DNA of 64,000 nucleotides from a virus, in IMG/VR virus record IMGVR_UViG_3300046512_000087, positions 29,404 through 93,403 of that record; one strand, 5' to 3'. Below, in pieces: positions 1 through 9,463 of this stretch (its first letter is position 1; each line of letters starts with the position of its first letter). The position numbers and the translations under genes were made by a program. A model generated the notes under the pieces. The model had not been told where the DNA came from, ran no database searches, and was given only the letters and a program-made list of their open reading frames with translations.

Positions 1-68
1 TTACGCTCAGCAGCCATCACCACACCCTGACCCGAGTAGTAGTGGTCCTGCACGTCCCAAGTAGACAT
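1..68 (-). CDS. major tail (tube) protein, N-terminal fragment (runs off window)
   Basis: Hand translation MSTWDVQDHYYSGQGVVMAAER; YYSGQG start is typical of siphovirus tail tube proteins; follows the head-tail genes. Confidence 0.6.
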   Translation of the reverse strand, partial: MSTWDVQDHYYSGQGVVMAAER

Positions 69-111
69 ATTGTGTTCCTCTTCAAAAACAGTTCAGGGTG
101 TAGGTTTGAGA

Positions 112-417
112 TCAAGCCGTTGCAGGCGCCCAGTCTACCAGGAGTTTTTTGCCGGTGGTGTCAGTCGAGACACGGATTTGACCGGCTGCCGAGATGGTCA
201 CGGTGTTCAGCGCCACGTCCACGCCGTCAGTCAGATTGACCACGCTCAGGATAGTGGAGCCGGTAGTGACACCCGCCAGGGCGATGTTGGTTGCAGCCGC
301 AGCACCGGCAACAGCGTTGTGCTTGCGAAGTTGCAATTGACGGATTGCTTGACCCAGCTGGCGATTGAAGCCGCTGCCGCCGTCACCGAGGGTCTTTGGA
401 ACAGTAATGAGTGGCAT
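112..417 (-). CDS. small virion structural protein (putative)
   Basis: 101 aa Ala/Gly/Thr-rich ORF within the structural gene order. Confidence 0.6.
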   Translation of the reverse strand: MPLITVPKTLGDGGSGFNRQLGQAIRQLQLRKHNAVAGAAAATNIALAGVTTGSTILSVVNLTDGVDVALNTVTISAAGQIRVSTDTTGKKLLVDWAPATA

Positions 418-489
418 GTTGAATCCTCTGAAAGCTGAATCAAGGGTAGTCAGGACCTGATTCTATGCTGTGGGGTACTACCTAACAAA

Positions 490-939
490 TCAGATAACGG
501 GGATCGGTACTGCCCAGCGCTGAGCCCACATCACCGTACCGTTCTTTTCATCCTCCGGGGTCTCCAGCAAAAAGCGGTAGAGGTGCCCGGATGGCGAGCG
601 TTTAGCGCGCATGGCCTTGCGGATCTCACCCATGATTCTCAGGTTACTGGCCTTGGCCTGGGGCGTGTTCAGGCTCTGACCTTCAGCAATGATCAGGACT
701 GTGAAGATGGCCTCGCCAGACGTGCCTGTACGGTTGGTGTCCTTGCCGGGCTCTGCTATAGCACGCATGCCCTCATAAATGACACCAGCACACGGCTTCA
801 CCGCTGCCTTGGATTTATCCATGAGTTCTTCGTAGCTCAGGACCGGGATCACTTTGTCGGTGAGTTTTGCAATTGATTGCAAGATCTCCTTCAGCTCATC
901 CATTACCCTGATGACCACATCGGTGTTGTCGGTAATCAT
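490..939 (-). CDS. tail completion/terminator-like protein
   Basis: 149 aa; size and position between the virion morphogenesis gene and the tail tube gene. Confidence 0.55.
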   Translation of the reverse strand: MITDNTDVVIRVMDELKEILQSIAKLTDKVIPVLSYEELMDKSKAAVKPCAGVIYEGMRAIAEPGKDTNRTGTSGEAIFTVLIIAEGQSLNTPQAKASNLRIMGEIRKAMRAKRSPSGHLYRFLLETPEDEKNGTVMWAQRWAVPIPVI

Positions 940-1373
940 GCCAATGCCTTCTTGATACGTTTGATCAGCAGACTGGTCACCAGAGTGGCGTCCTGTTCAC
1001 TGAAGCCCAGGAAGACCCGCTGGAGCTGGCCGTCCGTTCCGTTGTTGTGCCTTGCAGCGTAGGGGACATCTGTGGAGATGATACGGGCATCAGGGCCGTC
1101 TGCCGCCAGCTGGAGCGACCTGAACAGCCTGCCAGTGTCGAACAGTGTCCCACCGCCTCTACCAGTGCGCGCACGTTTCTTTGCGGCGCCAGACTGCACC
1201 CAGGGCGTCCCATCGGGATTCACCTGTTGCAGGTAGCGGGTACGGATGCGGTTAAAAAGAAAAGCCCCTGCCTCGTCAAGAATCTGAACGGTGTCAAGGG
1301 CTTGTTCCAGGTTCTTCAGGACAGCATCTACACCTGCTTGCCCTATAACGGTAACGCTGAGTCTTGTGGTCAT
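936..1373 (-). CDS. phage virion morphogenesis (Mu gpG / P2 gpS-like) protein
   Basis: Motifs PDGTPW, LFDTGRLFRSL, YAARHNNG, RVFLG. Confidence 0.8.
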   Translation of the reverse strand: MTTRLSVTVIGQAGVDAVLKNLEQALDTVQILDEAGAFLFNRIRTRYLQQVNPDGTPWVQSGAAKKRARTGRGGGTLFDTGRLFRSLQLAADGPDARIISTDVPYAARHNNGTDGQLQRVFLGFSEQDATLVTSLLIKRIKKALA

Positions 1374-1987
1374 CAGAACACCGGTCGGTAGGTGAAGCCG
1401 ATGTTCCTCAGATAAGGGCTCACGATAGCCATGGCATGATCACCCGACATACGAGCGCCCTTCTCGGCTTCGTCATTGCGGTTGGTAGGGGCGCCGAAGT
1501 TCCAGACGACGGGCACATAAGCCAGGATAGCCTCGGTGAGCCAGTCAGGCACGATCTCGATGTCCGAGTCTTCGTAGCCCGAGGAATATGCCACCTTCAC
1601 GAACTTGTCGGAGTACATCCGTTGGTCCACGTAGACGATTCCTCGAATGTAATCCACCTTGCCCGCTGTGGTGATATCCAGGGGCTCGTTGCATTCGTTC
1701 CAGGCCCGGCCACTGGTGATAGTCAGGGCGAGGTCTTTGCGTGCGAGGCCAGAACGCAGCTTCAGTCGGAACAAGCCCGCTGGAACTACGTCGTTGAAGA
1801 CACCCGGGTCGAGGTGAAAGATATCTTCACTCTCCTGGAACTGGAGATTGGAATCCAGCTCCACGCCGATCCTCAATTGAGCCGCACCGATTGCCGACTC
1901 AATAAAGGGAGCTACACCCAGGATGTCATCACCGATGGCCATGCGGCTTTTCACTACTTCGTTTGAAATCAGCAAAATGTCAGTCAT
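1373..1987 (-). CDS. head-tail connector/adaptor protein
   Basis: YSSGY...VPDWLTEAIL motif; position downstream of the capsid gene. Confidence 0.65.
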   Translation of the reverse strand: MTDILLISNEVVKSRMAIGDDILGVAPFIESAIGAAQLRIGVELDSNLQFQESEDIFHLDPGVFNDVVPAGLFRLKLRSGLARKDLALTITSGRAWNECNEPLDITTAGKVDYIRGIVYVDQRMYSDKFVKVAYSSGYEDSDIEIVPDWLTEAILAYVPVVWNFGAPTNRNDEAEKGARMSGDHAMAIVSPYLRNIGFTYRPVF

Positions 1988-2001
1988 GGCCTTGCTCCTG
2001 G

Positions 2002-2427
2002 TTAGACCGGTACGCCGTCGCCGTCGTTTTCCGAACCTTCAGGACCGTCTTCATCCAGGTGGTCGAAGAGTTCTGCTTCTTCTTCCTCGGTGGACAGGCT
2101 CAGACGGCCTTTGGAATCAACGGCGCCTTGTTCCAGCAGAGCGGCGTTGGCACTGATCGTTTCTTCACGCTGGAAGTAGTTGTCGATCTTGCCCTGGCGG
2201 TCCTGGGCTTCAGGCTTTTTCCAGCGCTTGAACATCGGTGCGCCGTCCAGTTCCCAGCCCAGCATGACCAGAGCCTGATCCTTGTTGGCGGTGTAGGTCA
2301 CGCCCGACTCGTAGAGCTTGCCCTGGCGATGCACACGTTGGACTTTACCGGCCAGGACCAGCTTCACGGTCTCTACTGCCGGTGCGGCGTTTTCATTTGC
2401 GTCTTTGTCGGTGATGTTGATGCCCAT
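2002..2427 (-). CDS. hypothetical protein (acidic C-terminus)
   Basis: 141 aa ORF with GGAG RBS. Confidence 0.65.
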   Translation of the reverse strand: MGINITDKDANENAAPAVETVKLVLAGKVQRVHRQGKLYESGVTYTANKDQALVMLGWELDGAPMFKRWKKPEAQDRQGKIDNYFQREETISANAALLEQGAVDSKGRLSLSTEEEEAELFDHLDEDGPEGSENDGDGVPV

Positions 2428-2498
2428 TGCCCTGTTACTCCACTGTTTTGGGAAAACCCGATTCTAGGGCCTTCTTGCAATTGATTGCAACGCCCAAT

Positions 2499-2531
2499 AA
2501 AAAAAGGGCGAAGCCTAAGCCCGCCCTTTTT
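2499..2531. terminator. bidirectional intrinsic terminator after major capsid gene
   Basis: aaaaaaGGGCG-loop-CGCCCtttttt. Confidence 0.8.
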
Positions 2532-2548
2532 CTTAACCAGCCCGGCTA

Positions 2549-3484
2549 TTACTGGCCGATGTTGGTGTACTTGACTACCGCATTCACTTCTTCGATCTGG
2601 AACGCCACACGGGCGGTCAGCACGATGATGAACTCACGGGTAGTGATGTCCTTATCGTATTCGATGGTGATCTGACGCTGCACGCCGAAGATGAAGTTCA
2701 GTGGGTTACTGAACAGACCGTTGGCAGTAGGCATCAGCGGCACGCCGGTAACCTGGGAACCGAACACGAACAGCGGCAGGTTGCCTTGAACTTGTTGGTC
2801 ACCCAGAGCAGTGGCGCGCTGGCCGTAGATGTCGCGCATTTCGGTTTCGTTGTCGGTCGAAACGAAGTGTTTCAGAGCCGAGCGGTTACGCAGGTACTTG
2901 TCAGGCATGGTTTTGACGCCAGTCTTGATCAAGTCCTTGTTGAACGGTACGCCGCCAGCGTCAACGACGTTAGCAGTGGACAGCTTCAGCCAGCCATCTT
3001 GCAGAGCCAGATAAGCGTCACCGGAGGTGGTGTCACCACGGATGCCCAGCTCTTCCAGGTCGAGAGCAGCACGCTCGCCCATCATGTCAACCAGGGTCTG
3101 ATGCAGGCCACCGGCGCCGGAGGTAGGAGCAGCGTTGATGTTGCCACGCTCGATGTTGTCTTCGATCACGTCGTACGGCAGACGGACTTCGGCAATCACT
3201 TCCTTGGTGTTCAGGGTCACTTGACCCAGATCAGGCTTGGAGCGCTGGCTTTCGGTCAGAGCAACGCCAGAAGTCGCGGCGCGCAGGATGCGGTTGCCGA
3301 AACCGATTTTGTTGATCTTCATTTCCGGGGTGTTCATGGTCACCGTGCGAACGCTTTGCAGCATGGTGTCCTGGTCGATCAGCGTGCGGATGAAGCGGTC
3401 GGTCTGGTCCGGGTTCAGCTTACCAGCGACGGCCAGATCAGACAGCGCCATGTCGGCCTTTTTGATCAGTTCTGCATTTTCCAT
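2549..3484 (-). CDS. major capsid protein (HK97-like fold)
   Basis: 311 aa; GKLNPDQTDRFI, EDNIE, LGIRGD motifs; follows scaffold and precedes a terminator. Confidence 0.9.
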   Translation of the reverse strand: MENAELIKKADMALSDLAVAGKLNPDQTDRFIRTLIDQDTMLQSVRTVTMNTPEMKINKIGFGNRILRAATSGVALTESQRSKPDLGQVTLNTKEVIAEVRLPYDVIEDNIERGNINAAPTSGAGGLHQTLVDMMGERAALDLEELGIRGDTTSGDAYLALQDGWLKLSTANVVDAGGVPFNKDLIKTGVKTMPDKYLRNRSALKHFVSTDNETEMRDIYGQRATALGDQQVQGNLPLFVFGSQVTGVPLMPTANGLFSNPLNFIFGVQRQITIEYDKDITTREFIIVLTARVAFQIEEVNAVVKYTNIGQ

Positions 3485-3517
3485 ATCAATTTCCTCGGTA
3501 CTAAGGGTAAGGCCGAC

Positions 3518-4657
3518 TTATTTGTTCCGTTGCTGCCGGGGGATCATGGCGGTATCGAACATCCCGGTGCGTGGATCGGGGTTTTCAGTTTTCTGGACCA
3601 GCTGGCCGCTTGGGGTGTCGCCACCAGCAGGAGGCGCTGCAACCAGTCCATTCACTGCGGTAACCGCACTCTCAGACTTCCGAGCGATTTCGTCAACACG
3701 ACCGCCCAGCTCTTTTTGAGTTTCTACCAGGGTGGCCTGACCTTCAGCAGTCTTCTGGACCAGTGCGGTCAGAGAAGTCAGGCTCTTCAGGATTTCTTCC
3801 AGGCCACCTTCGGACTTGACCACAGCTTCTGCAACCGGGGCCGGAGCTGTAACGGGCTCTACAACAGGTTCTACCGCTGGAGCCTCGGGCGCTGCTGGTA
3901 CTTCAGGCACAGCCGGAGCTTCTGGAGCCGCTGGCTTTTCACCTTCTTCAACCTTGGCTGGCTCGACCACAGGCTCTTCGGTCTTCTGGATCAGGGTGAG
4001 AGCCTTGGCAACCTCGGCTTCCATCTTGAACGCCTGGGAAGGCAGACCGTTGATCAAACCAGTGACGTAGGTCTGGAAGTCGGTGAACAGCTTGGTCGCA
4101 TCGCCAACGGCATCAGTCGGGCTGGACGAGTTGTAAAGCAGGGTGTACAGGGTGTCGGTGAACACACTGGTGGCAGTACGCACCGAGTCGTAGAAACCCT
4201 GGGCCTTCACGGCGGTAACGAAGTCACTCGAAACCTCATCGGAGTACGGCGCGAAGGATTTCATGACCAGCGCAACATCGGCAGACAGCTTCACCAGCTG
4301 GTACTCGCCACCTTCGACTGGAGTCTCCTGGCGGAACACAGTGGTGCCGTCTTCGCCGGTTTCCATGGCATCGACTTTGAAGCCGTTATCTTCCAGGGAT
4401 TTACGGACGGCCTCCAATTCAGGGCCCACCTTTGCAGCCGTAGCCACACCAACAATCACTGGACCGGTGGAGACTGCTTGGGCTTCACCCTTCAGTACCC
4501 GCGAGATCGCAGTGCTCAAACCATTCAAATTGATCATCAGGTTGCCCCCTTCCTCGGATTTCAGTACACGGAACGGAATCTTGTTCGCTCCACGCTTGAC
4601 CAGTGAGATGTAGCCGACATTGGCATCCGTCATCTCAGTAATAACTTTCTTCACCAT
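3518..4657 (-). CDS. capsid scaffolding protein with protease-like N-terminal segment
   Basis: N-terminal ISLVKRGAN motif, PAAPEAP low-complexity linker, coiled-coil C-terminus; directly upstream of capsid gene. Confidence 0.7.
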   Translation of the reverse strand: MVKKVITEMTDANVGYISLVKRGANKIPFRVLKSEEGGNLMINLNGLSTAISRVLKGEAQAVSTGPVIVGVATAAKVGPELEAVRKSLEDNGFKVDAMETGEDGTTVFRQETPVEGGEYQLVKLSADVALVMKSFAPYSDEVSSDFVTAVKAQGFYDSVRTATSVFTDTLYTLLYNSSSPTDAVGDATKLFTDFQTYVTGLINGLPSQAFKMEAEVAKALTLIQKTEEPVVEPAKVEEGEKPAAPEAPAVPEVPAAPEAPAVEPVVEPVTAPAPVAEAVVKSEGGLEEILKSLTSLTALVQKTAEGQATLVETQKELGGRVDEIARKSESAVTAVNGLVAAPPAGGDTPSGQLVQKTENPDPRTGMFDTAMIPRQQRNK

Positions 4658-4713
4658 GGCGATAGCCTCGTAGCACTGGCGCGAGTGTATACCCGCTCTG
4701 TTCTACCGAACAA

Positions 4714-5319
4714 TTACGCCAGTATGATTTCTGGGATGATGGCCAGCTCGTCTACAGTGGCGAATCGGTGAATGTGCTCTTCAGCAACCTCGGTGATGGT
4801 GCCTGCAATGATCAGGTGGAAGTGGCCATCCACGACATCGGTTTCTCCACCCAGGAACTTGCCGGTCTCGTCAAAGCGCACATACCAGTTGTGGACGTGG
4901 CCGTCATCTTCAGACGTGGTGCCGGTAGCCATGATTGGGTGATCAATCTCTATTTCCTGCTGTTCCCGGATGACATAGGCCTCCATGCTGAAGCCGTTCA
5001 ATTCCTTGTTCAGGATCTTCTGCCAGACATCTGGGTCAGCGATATGCACGCCTACTACCCAGGCTCCTTCGATGAAGGTTGGGTCCCCGGCCTGGGCAAT
5101 GAAGGACTCCACTACCTGGGCCTCGATCAGAATATTGTCGTGCATCATGTCGATGCTTCGGGTCTTGTCGGCACCCATGAAGCGCCACGCCATCTTGCGG
5201 ATCTCGTCCGCAGTCATGTACTCGTCGTGGGCGTCCAAGCGGTTGGGGGCGTAGACCTCGGAATACACCACTTGCAGGTACTCGGGTGGATCTGGTTTTA
5301 CTACCGGCGCGGCCATCAC
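4714..5319 (-). CDS. XkdF-like prohead serine protease
   Basis: VYSEVYAPN..DAH, IDMMHD, VVESF, GAWVVG, ELNGFS motifs. Confidence 0.8.
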   Translation of the reverse strand: MMAAPVVKPDPPEYLQVVYSEVYAPNRLDAHDEYMTADEIRKMAWRFMGADKTRSIDMMHDNILIEAQVVESFIAQAGDPTFIEGAWVVGVHIADPDVWQKILNKELNGFSMEAYVIREQQEIEIDHPIMATGTTSEDDGHVHNWYVRFDETGKFLGGETDVVDGHFHLIIAGTITEVAEEHIHRFATVDELAIIPEIILA

Positions 5320-5519
5320 TGAACTCCTGCAATTGATTGCAAGACTGTGGGGTCTGGCTCGGCACCGAACAACTCCTTCAGTCTTGCATCTGTATAGCCC
5401 AATTGAGACTTGAAAAACTCCCTGGACACGGTGTTATGCGTGATCTTCAGCGCAGCCAACGAGGCGTCTGTCAGGTCGATCTTCCCATCCATTACTTTCA
5501 CGGCCTGCTTACGCATCAC
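5316..5519 (-). CDS. hypothetical protein
   Basis: 67 aa ORF overlapping its neighbours in the operon. Confidence 0.55.
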   Translation of the reverse strand: MMRKQAVKVMDGKIDLTDASLAALKITHNTVSREFFKSQLGYTDARLKELFGAEPDPTVLQSIAGVQ

Positions 5520-7119
5520 CTTCTCCCAGGTTCTTCAGCACATCGGGGTCATCCGGCTTCACGCTCAAGGGGCTGCTCTTGCCTGCCAACAGGATCTTGC
5601 CAATAGGCTGACCGTCAATGCGGAAGGGAAGGTCTACAAGCGCCACCAGGGCCTTGGGGTCGCTGCTCTCCAGCAGATCTGTTACAGCCTTCTGCTCGTT
5701 CACTGTCAGGGTCAAGAACTCGTCATGCAGGGCACCACCCTGTAGTAGATCAATCTGGATTTGCTCCTTGAGGCTGTACCAGTCCGCTGATGCCGCTGTG
5801 TATCCGAGCTTGCTGTAGGTGTAGATGCCCAGGCTGCCCCCGGCTCCTACGGTGAAGATCTCGGCCCCCACCAGGGTGGAAGTCTTCATCATGGAGACAT
5901 GCAGGCGCCTGAAGAACAGGGCAGCCAGCTTCGGGTCGGCTGTCTTGAAGTCAATGAAGTTCGCGTACATGGTCCCAGTGAACGGGTCGAACACGGCATT
6001 GGCGTCGGCCACAATTCGAGGCTCTACGATCCTGGCGCGCATGCTGATTTCACCGTCTTCAGTGAACTTCAACAGGCCCTTGGTCTCGGAATCCAGCAGG
6101 TCTTTTGGAGCAAGGCCGGACAGCTCTGAAAGAACCTTGACAGGGCTCACACCAACATAGGAGTTCCAGTAGTCAAGCTGTGCCTGGGTAACTGGGGACT
6201 TCAGCTCATCGAAAGCACTCTCGGTGACGATCTCCCTGCTGGACTCTGTAGCGGTGGTCTCTTTCGGCACCAATACCGTGGTCTGTGCCGTACGCACACA
6301 AAGAGTCCTGCACCCAGGGTGAAAGGGTGGGATGTGCAAGCCCGCTGCCGTAAGTTGTTCAGCAGTCATCTCCTTGTAGGTCTTCAACGCCTCCGTGGTC
6401 TGCTTAGGCCAGGGCTGCACGGTCTTCAGGTCATCAGGGTTCTCCACCTTCAAGATCCTGGTGATCGACTCATGGGCATCTTCCACCCTGAAAACATGAC
6501 CATTGATGATCCGGCAGAAGGCACTGGTACGGCCATCAAGCACAGCGTCGAGGCGGTAGTCCGAGAACCCGAGTAGGTCTGCCTCCGCAGTGAACCCCCA
6601 GGTGGACAGCCTGCTGGCCTGCAAGGTGGCAAGCATCTGCATGCGCTCGTTACCCGTAGAGGCAAAGGAGACAAATTCGTCGAGGAATCGTGGCTTATCA
6701 GCCTTCTGGGCTACCCCATACTCGGCTTCCGAGTTTGCAATCAATTGCAAAGCCTTGTCCTGTACAGCTTCTGTCCCATTCAACGCAATGGACTGAATCA
6801 GAATCGTAGTCGTGTGGTTCAGCGTTTCATCGTACTTCCCGTTGGAAAACAGGGGGCTACGGGTTTGGGAGGCTTGGGCGGCGCCGAACACAGCAAAGGC
6901 CCACAGGGAATACTTCAGGTACTCACGGTTGGCCTCGGCGGCTGGCTTCAGGTCAATGGTGTCTACCAGCGCCCGGGCCGCATCAAAGTTACCACCGGCA
7001 ATCTCCTTGGTCATCTTCGCGTAAATGGCTGCCGCCTGTGGCGCCCAGGTCTTGTAGAGCCGGGCCATCATCCCCGACTCGATCTCCAGGTAAGTCCTGA
7101 CGTCCATCAGTGGCAGCAC
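5509..7119 (-). CDS. MuF/SPP1 gp7-like head morphogenesis protein with C-terminal extension
   Basis: AVLDGRTSAFC and PPFHPGCR MuF motifs; lies next to the portal gene. Confidence 0.8.
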   Translation of the reverse strand: MLPLMDVRTYLEIESGMMARLYKTWAPQAAAIYAKMTKEIAGGNFDAARALVDTIDLKPAAEANREYLKYSLWAFAVFGAAQASQTRSPLFSNGKYDETLNHTTTILIQSIALNGTEAVQDKALQLIANSEAEYGVAQKADKPRFLDEFVSFASTGNERMQMLATLQASRLSTWGFTAEADLLGFSDYRLDAVLDGRTSAFCRIINGHVFRVEDAHESITRILKVENPDDLKTVQPWPKQTTEALKTYKEMTAEQLTAAGLHIPPFHPGCRTLCVRTAQTTVLVPKETTATESSREIVTESAFDELKSPVTQAQLDYWNSYVGVSPVKVLSELSGLAPKDLLDSETKGLLKFTEDGEISMRARIVEPRIVADANAVFDPFTGTMYANFIDFKTADPKLAALFFRRLHVSMMKTSTLVGAEIFTVGAGGSLGIYTYSKLGYTAASADWYSLKEQIQIDLLQGGALHDEFLTLTVNEQKAVTDLLESSDPKALVALVDLPFRIDGQPIGKILLAGKSSPLSVKPDDPDVLKNLGEGDA

Positions 7120-8885
7120 CCGGCCAGTTCAATGACCCCTTCTTTAGTCGAGCCGAAAGCCCAGCTGGCAATCAGTAGATTGAACTCAGCCATTTCATCG
7201 GTGCTCAGGTCCTCGATTTTCGAGTGCATATCCGCGATATCAATGTCGGACAGCTCTGCCTTCACAGCCAACAACCCACGGGTACTGGCGTAGTCACGGG
7301 CCAGGGTGATCACCCGGCTCTCGGCTTTCTTCACCACCGCCAATTTGGCTGGGGATTGCGTGCCGGTAGGTGGCTTGCCTGCTGCATTCTTCTCAGGCGC
7401 AGTTGGTTGGGCTGGCTGGGCTTTCTGAGCGTCGATAGCGGCCTGGGCGAGTTCCTTGGTGGCGTTTGCAGTTTCCTCGTCGTACACCAGATTGACACCA
7501 CCGACAGACGCCACTTCTTGCACGTAGTCTTCGTCCTTGACCATACCCTTGAGCATTTCCAGGGCCTTGAGCTGGTTGTCCACGTTTTTCAACGTGATCG
7601 GCTTGCTGACAAAGCGCAGGGACTTGAAGCCCATGGCTTTCAAGATGGTCTTGTTGATGGTCTCGTCGAACTCGATACGCTCGGGGCGGAACACCTGTTC
7701 TTCCGCAACCATGTAGGCCACGACCGCAGTCGCGTAGTTGTAGTCATCAGAGCGCCCGAGGAACAGCTTGGGCAGGCGGAAACCTGCACGTACGTGCTCT
7801 TCAGTGGATACGTCGTACTTCTGGTACATCGAATCGTTGGCTGTCTGCGAGCCAAAACGTTCAACCGTAATCTGCACACCACCCCCCTTTTCAAGGGTGC
7901 CAGAGGTGGATTGGGCTTCTACTACAACGGCGCGCTGGCGGTTCTTCGACTTGCCGGACAGGTAACCCCGCAGCTGATCAGAAGCTGATGCAGCCAGGGC
8001 ACCACCCTGCACAAAGATGATCGCCGGGGGCATGCCACCCGCATCAAAGAATTCAAGGTTGGCCTCTTCGGCTTTCCGGCTGCCCAGGACGGAGGGGAGC
8101 TGGTTGATCCACCGTGGGACCGAGTACGGCGACCCAATGTCCGGGTTTACACCGAAGGCAATCAGTTCTGTGCCTCGTTGGTCCGCTGGAAGGGCCTCTC
8201 CATCTTTCACCCAGTCCCCGGTGTTCCGGTTCACTTCGCGGGTAGTGCCGAACTCGCGATAGTAGATGGTCTTCTGACCTACCTTCTGCACGTACCGGCG
8301 CTCGCGATCCCACATGCTCATGTCGATTTCTTTGCCGCCACGCTGCATTTTCTTGGTGACCAGCACCGGATCATCAAGTTTGACGAACCGCATCATGTGC
8401 CCTTCGACACTTCGGATAGCCAGAACGTCACCACTGACAGAGCGCAGCACCTCCAGGAAGCCATAGCCAATGGACTCCAGGTCCCGACGCAGCTTGCGGC
8501 GCAGCTGTAGGAACGACCGGCCAGGGATAGGCTCGTCAAAGAACTCTTTCGCCATCTGTTCTTCGTTGGGATCAACCTTTCCATCGGGGTCAGCAGGCAT
8601 GAACTCATGGCCAGTGCCGTCGATGTTCACTTCCATCGCCTCGATACACTGGCTTAGTGTGTTGTTCTGGTTGGGCAGCCGGGCCAGGACCTTGGGAACG
8701 AAGGGCGGTTGGATGACAACATTGGACGAACTCTGCGTGGTGAAGTACAGGTTCGAAAACTCGTCTTCAATCTGAAGAGCCGAATCAGCCATGACAAGGT
8801 AGGTATCTGCCCCAATAACCTTCTGAACGACGTGTACCTTGGGCTCAGCAATCTTCTTTTCAGTCCCTACAGCTGCCTTTGACAT
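7107..8885 (-). CDS. portal protein (PBSX-like)
   Basis: DLESIGYGFLEV, YSVPRW, FFDAGGMP, FRLPKLFLG motifs; start placed at ATG 8885 behind a GAGG RBS. Confidence 0.88.
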   Translation of the reverse strand: MSKAAVGTEKKIAEPKVHVVQKVIGADTYLVMADSALQIEDEFSNLYFTTQSSSNVVIQPPFVPKVLARLPNQNNTLSQCIEAMEVNIDGTGHEFMPADPDGKVDPNEEQMAKEFFDEPIPGRSFLQLRRKLRRDLESIGYGFLEVLRSVSGDVLAIRSVEGHMMRFVKLDDPVLVTKKMQRGGKEIDMSMWDRERRYVQKVGQKTIYYREFGTTREVNRNTGDWVKDGEALPADQRGTELIAFGVNPDIGSPYSVPRWINQLPSVLGSRKAEEANLEFFDAGGMPPAIIFVQGGALAASASDQLRGYLSGKSKNRQRAVVVEAQSTSGTLEKGGGVQITVERFGSQTANDSMYQKYDVSTEEHVRAGFRLPKLFLGRSDDYNYATAVVAYMVAEEQVFRPERIEFDETINKTILKAMGFKSLRFVSKPITLKNVDNQLKALEMLKGMVKDEDYVQEVASVGGVNLVYDEETANATKELAQAAIDAQKAQPAQPTAPEKNAAGKPPTGTQSPAKLAVVKKAESRVITLARDYASTRGLLAVKAELSDIDIADMHSKIEDLSTDEMAEFNLLIASWAFGSTKEGVIELAGCCH

Positions 8886-8937
8886 ACCTACCTCATGCAT
8901 GAATTCGCGTATGCCGGGAGTGTATGTCACCTAACGT

Positions 8938-8960
8938 AAAAAAGGGAGCACTAGGCTCCC
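8938..8960 (-). terminator. intrinsic terminator after polymerase/HNH genes
   Basis: GGGAGC-loop-GCTCCC followed by a T6 run on the minus strand. Confidence 0.75.
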
Positions 8961-8986
8961 AGGGTTTTGCAATTGATTGCAGGAAA

Positions 8987-9463
8987 TTAGTACGTCTTGC
9001 CAACCCGGGCGTCTACTACACAACCCTTTGAAACCTCAAACTTGGCAGCGTACTCCAAAGGCTTCCATCTGTAGCGCTTGTCGGCCCTGATTTCTGCAAC
9101 CTGTTCAGCCGTTAGCCGGGACCTATGACTCTCATGACCCTTCCGATATGTCCCCTGCTCCTTCTTATCCGCGATGTTTTCCTTCTGGGTCCCATAGCTC
9201 AAGTTATCAGGGGTATTGTCTCGATCACCTCCGGGGCCATGACGAACCACCTCGCCATCAGGGCGAATACCGTGAAAGGCCTCAGCCACTAGCACATGGA
9301 CTCTTCGGGTCTGACCCTCTACACAGACCCTGAGATATTTATCGGACGCATCACCTTCGAGAATGCGGGGACCGCCTCTGACTGCGGCTGAAGCACGAAT
9401 GCGCCCATGACTGGACGCCTCGTACCTAGGAAAGCTGGGGATCTGTTTCCATATCTCAAGCAA
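8987..9463 (-). CDS. NUMOD4-HNH homing endonuclease
   Basis: EIWKQIP..YEASSHGRI (NUMOD4); VHVLVAEAF, VVRH, DN..NL (HNH). Confidence 0.85.
   Translation of the reverse strand: MLEIWKQIPSFPRYEASSHGRIRASAAVRGGPRILEGDASDKYLRVCVEGQTRRVHVLVAEAFHGIRPDGEVVRHGPGGDRDNTPDNLSYGTQKENIADKKEQGTYRKGHESHRSRLTAEQVAEIRADKRYRWKPLEYAAKFEVSKGCVVDARVGKTY

Noticed and set aside
331-348. Partial matches TTGCAATTGACGGATTGC (331) and TTGCAATTGACC (15828)
   Set aside because: Second arm displaced or missing, so not counted among the 37 copies.
3830-3980. PAAPEAP-type repeats in the scaffold gene
   Set aside because: Ordinary low-complexity linker.
2786-4606. Long plus-strand ORFs (e.g. 606 aa here, 515 aa at 49968, 389 aa at 44239, 363 aa at 54709)
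   Set aside because: Antisense shadows of well-supported minus-strand genes in GC-rich DNA, with no recognisable motifs.
6736-6750. Repeat as a host IHF or Anr/Fnr site
   Set aside because: It contains AATCAA/TTGAT but lacks the IHF TTR element and the second Fnr half-site at the required spacing.
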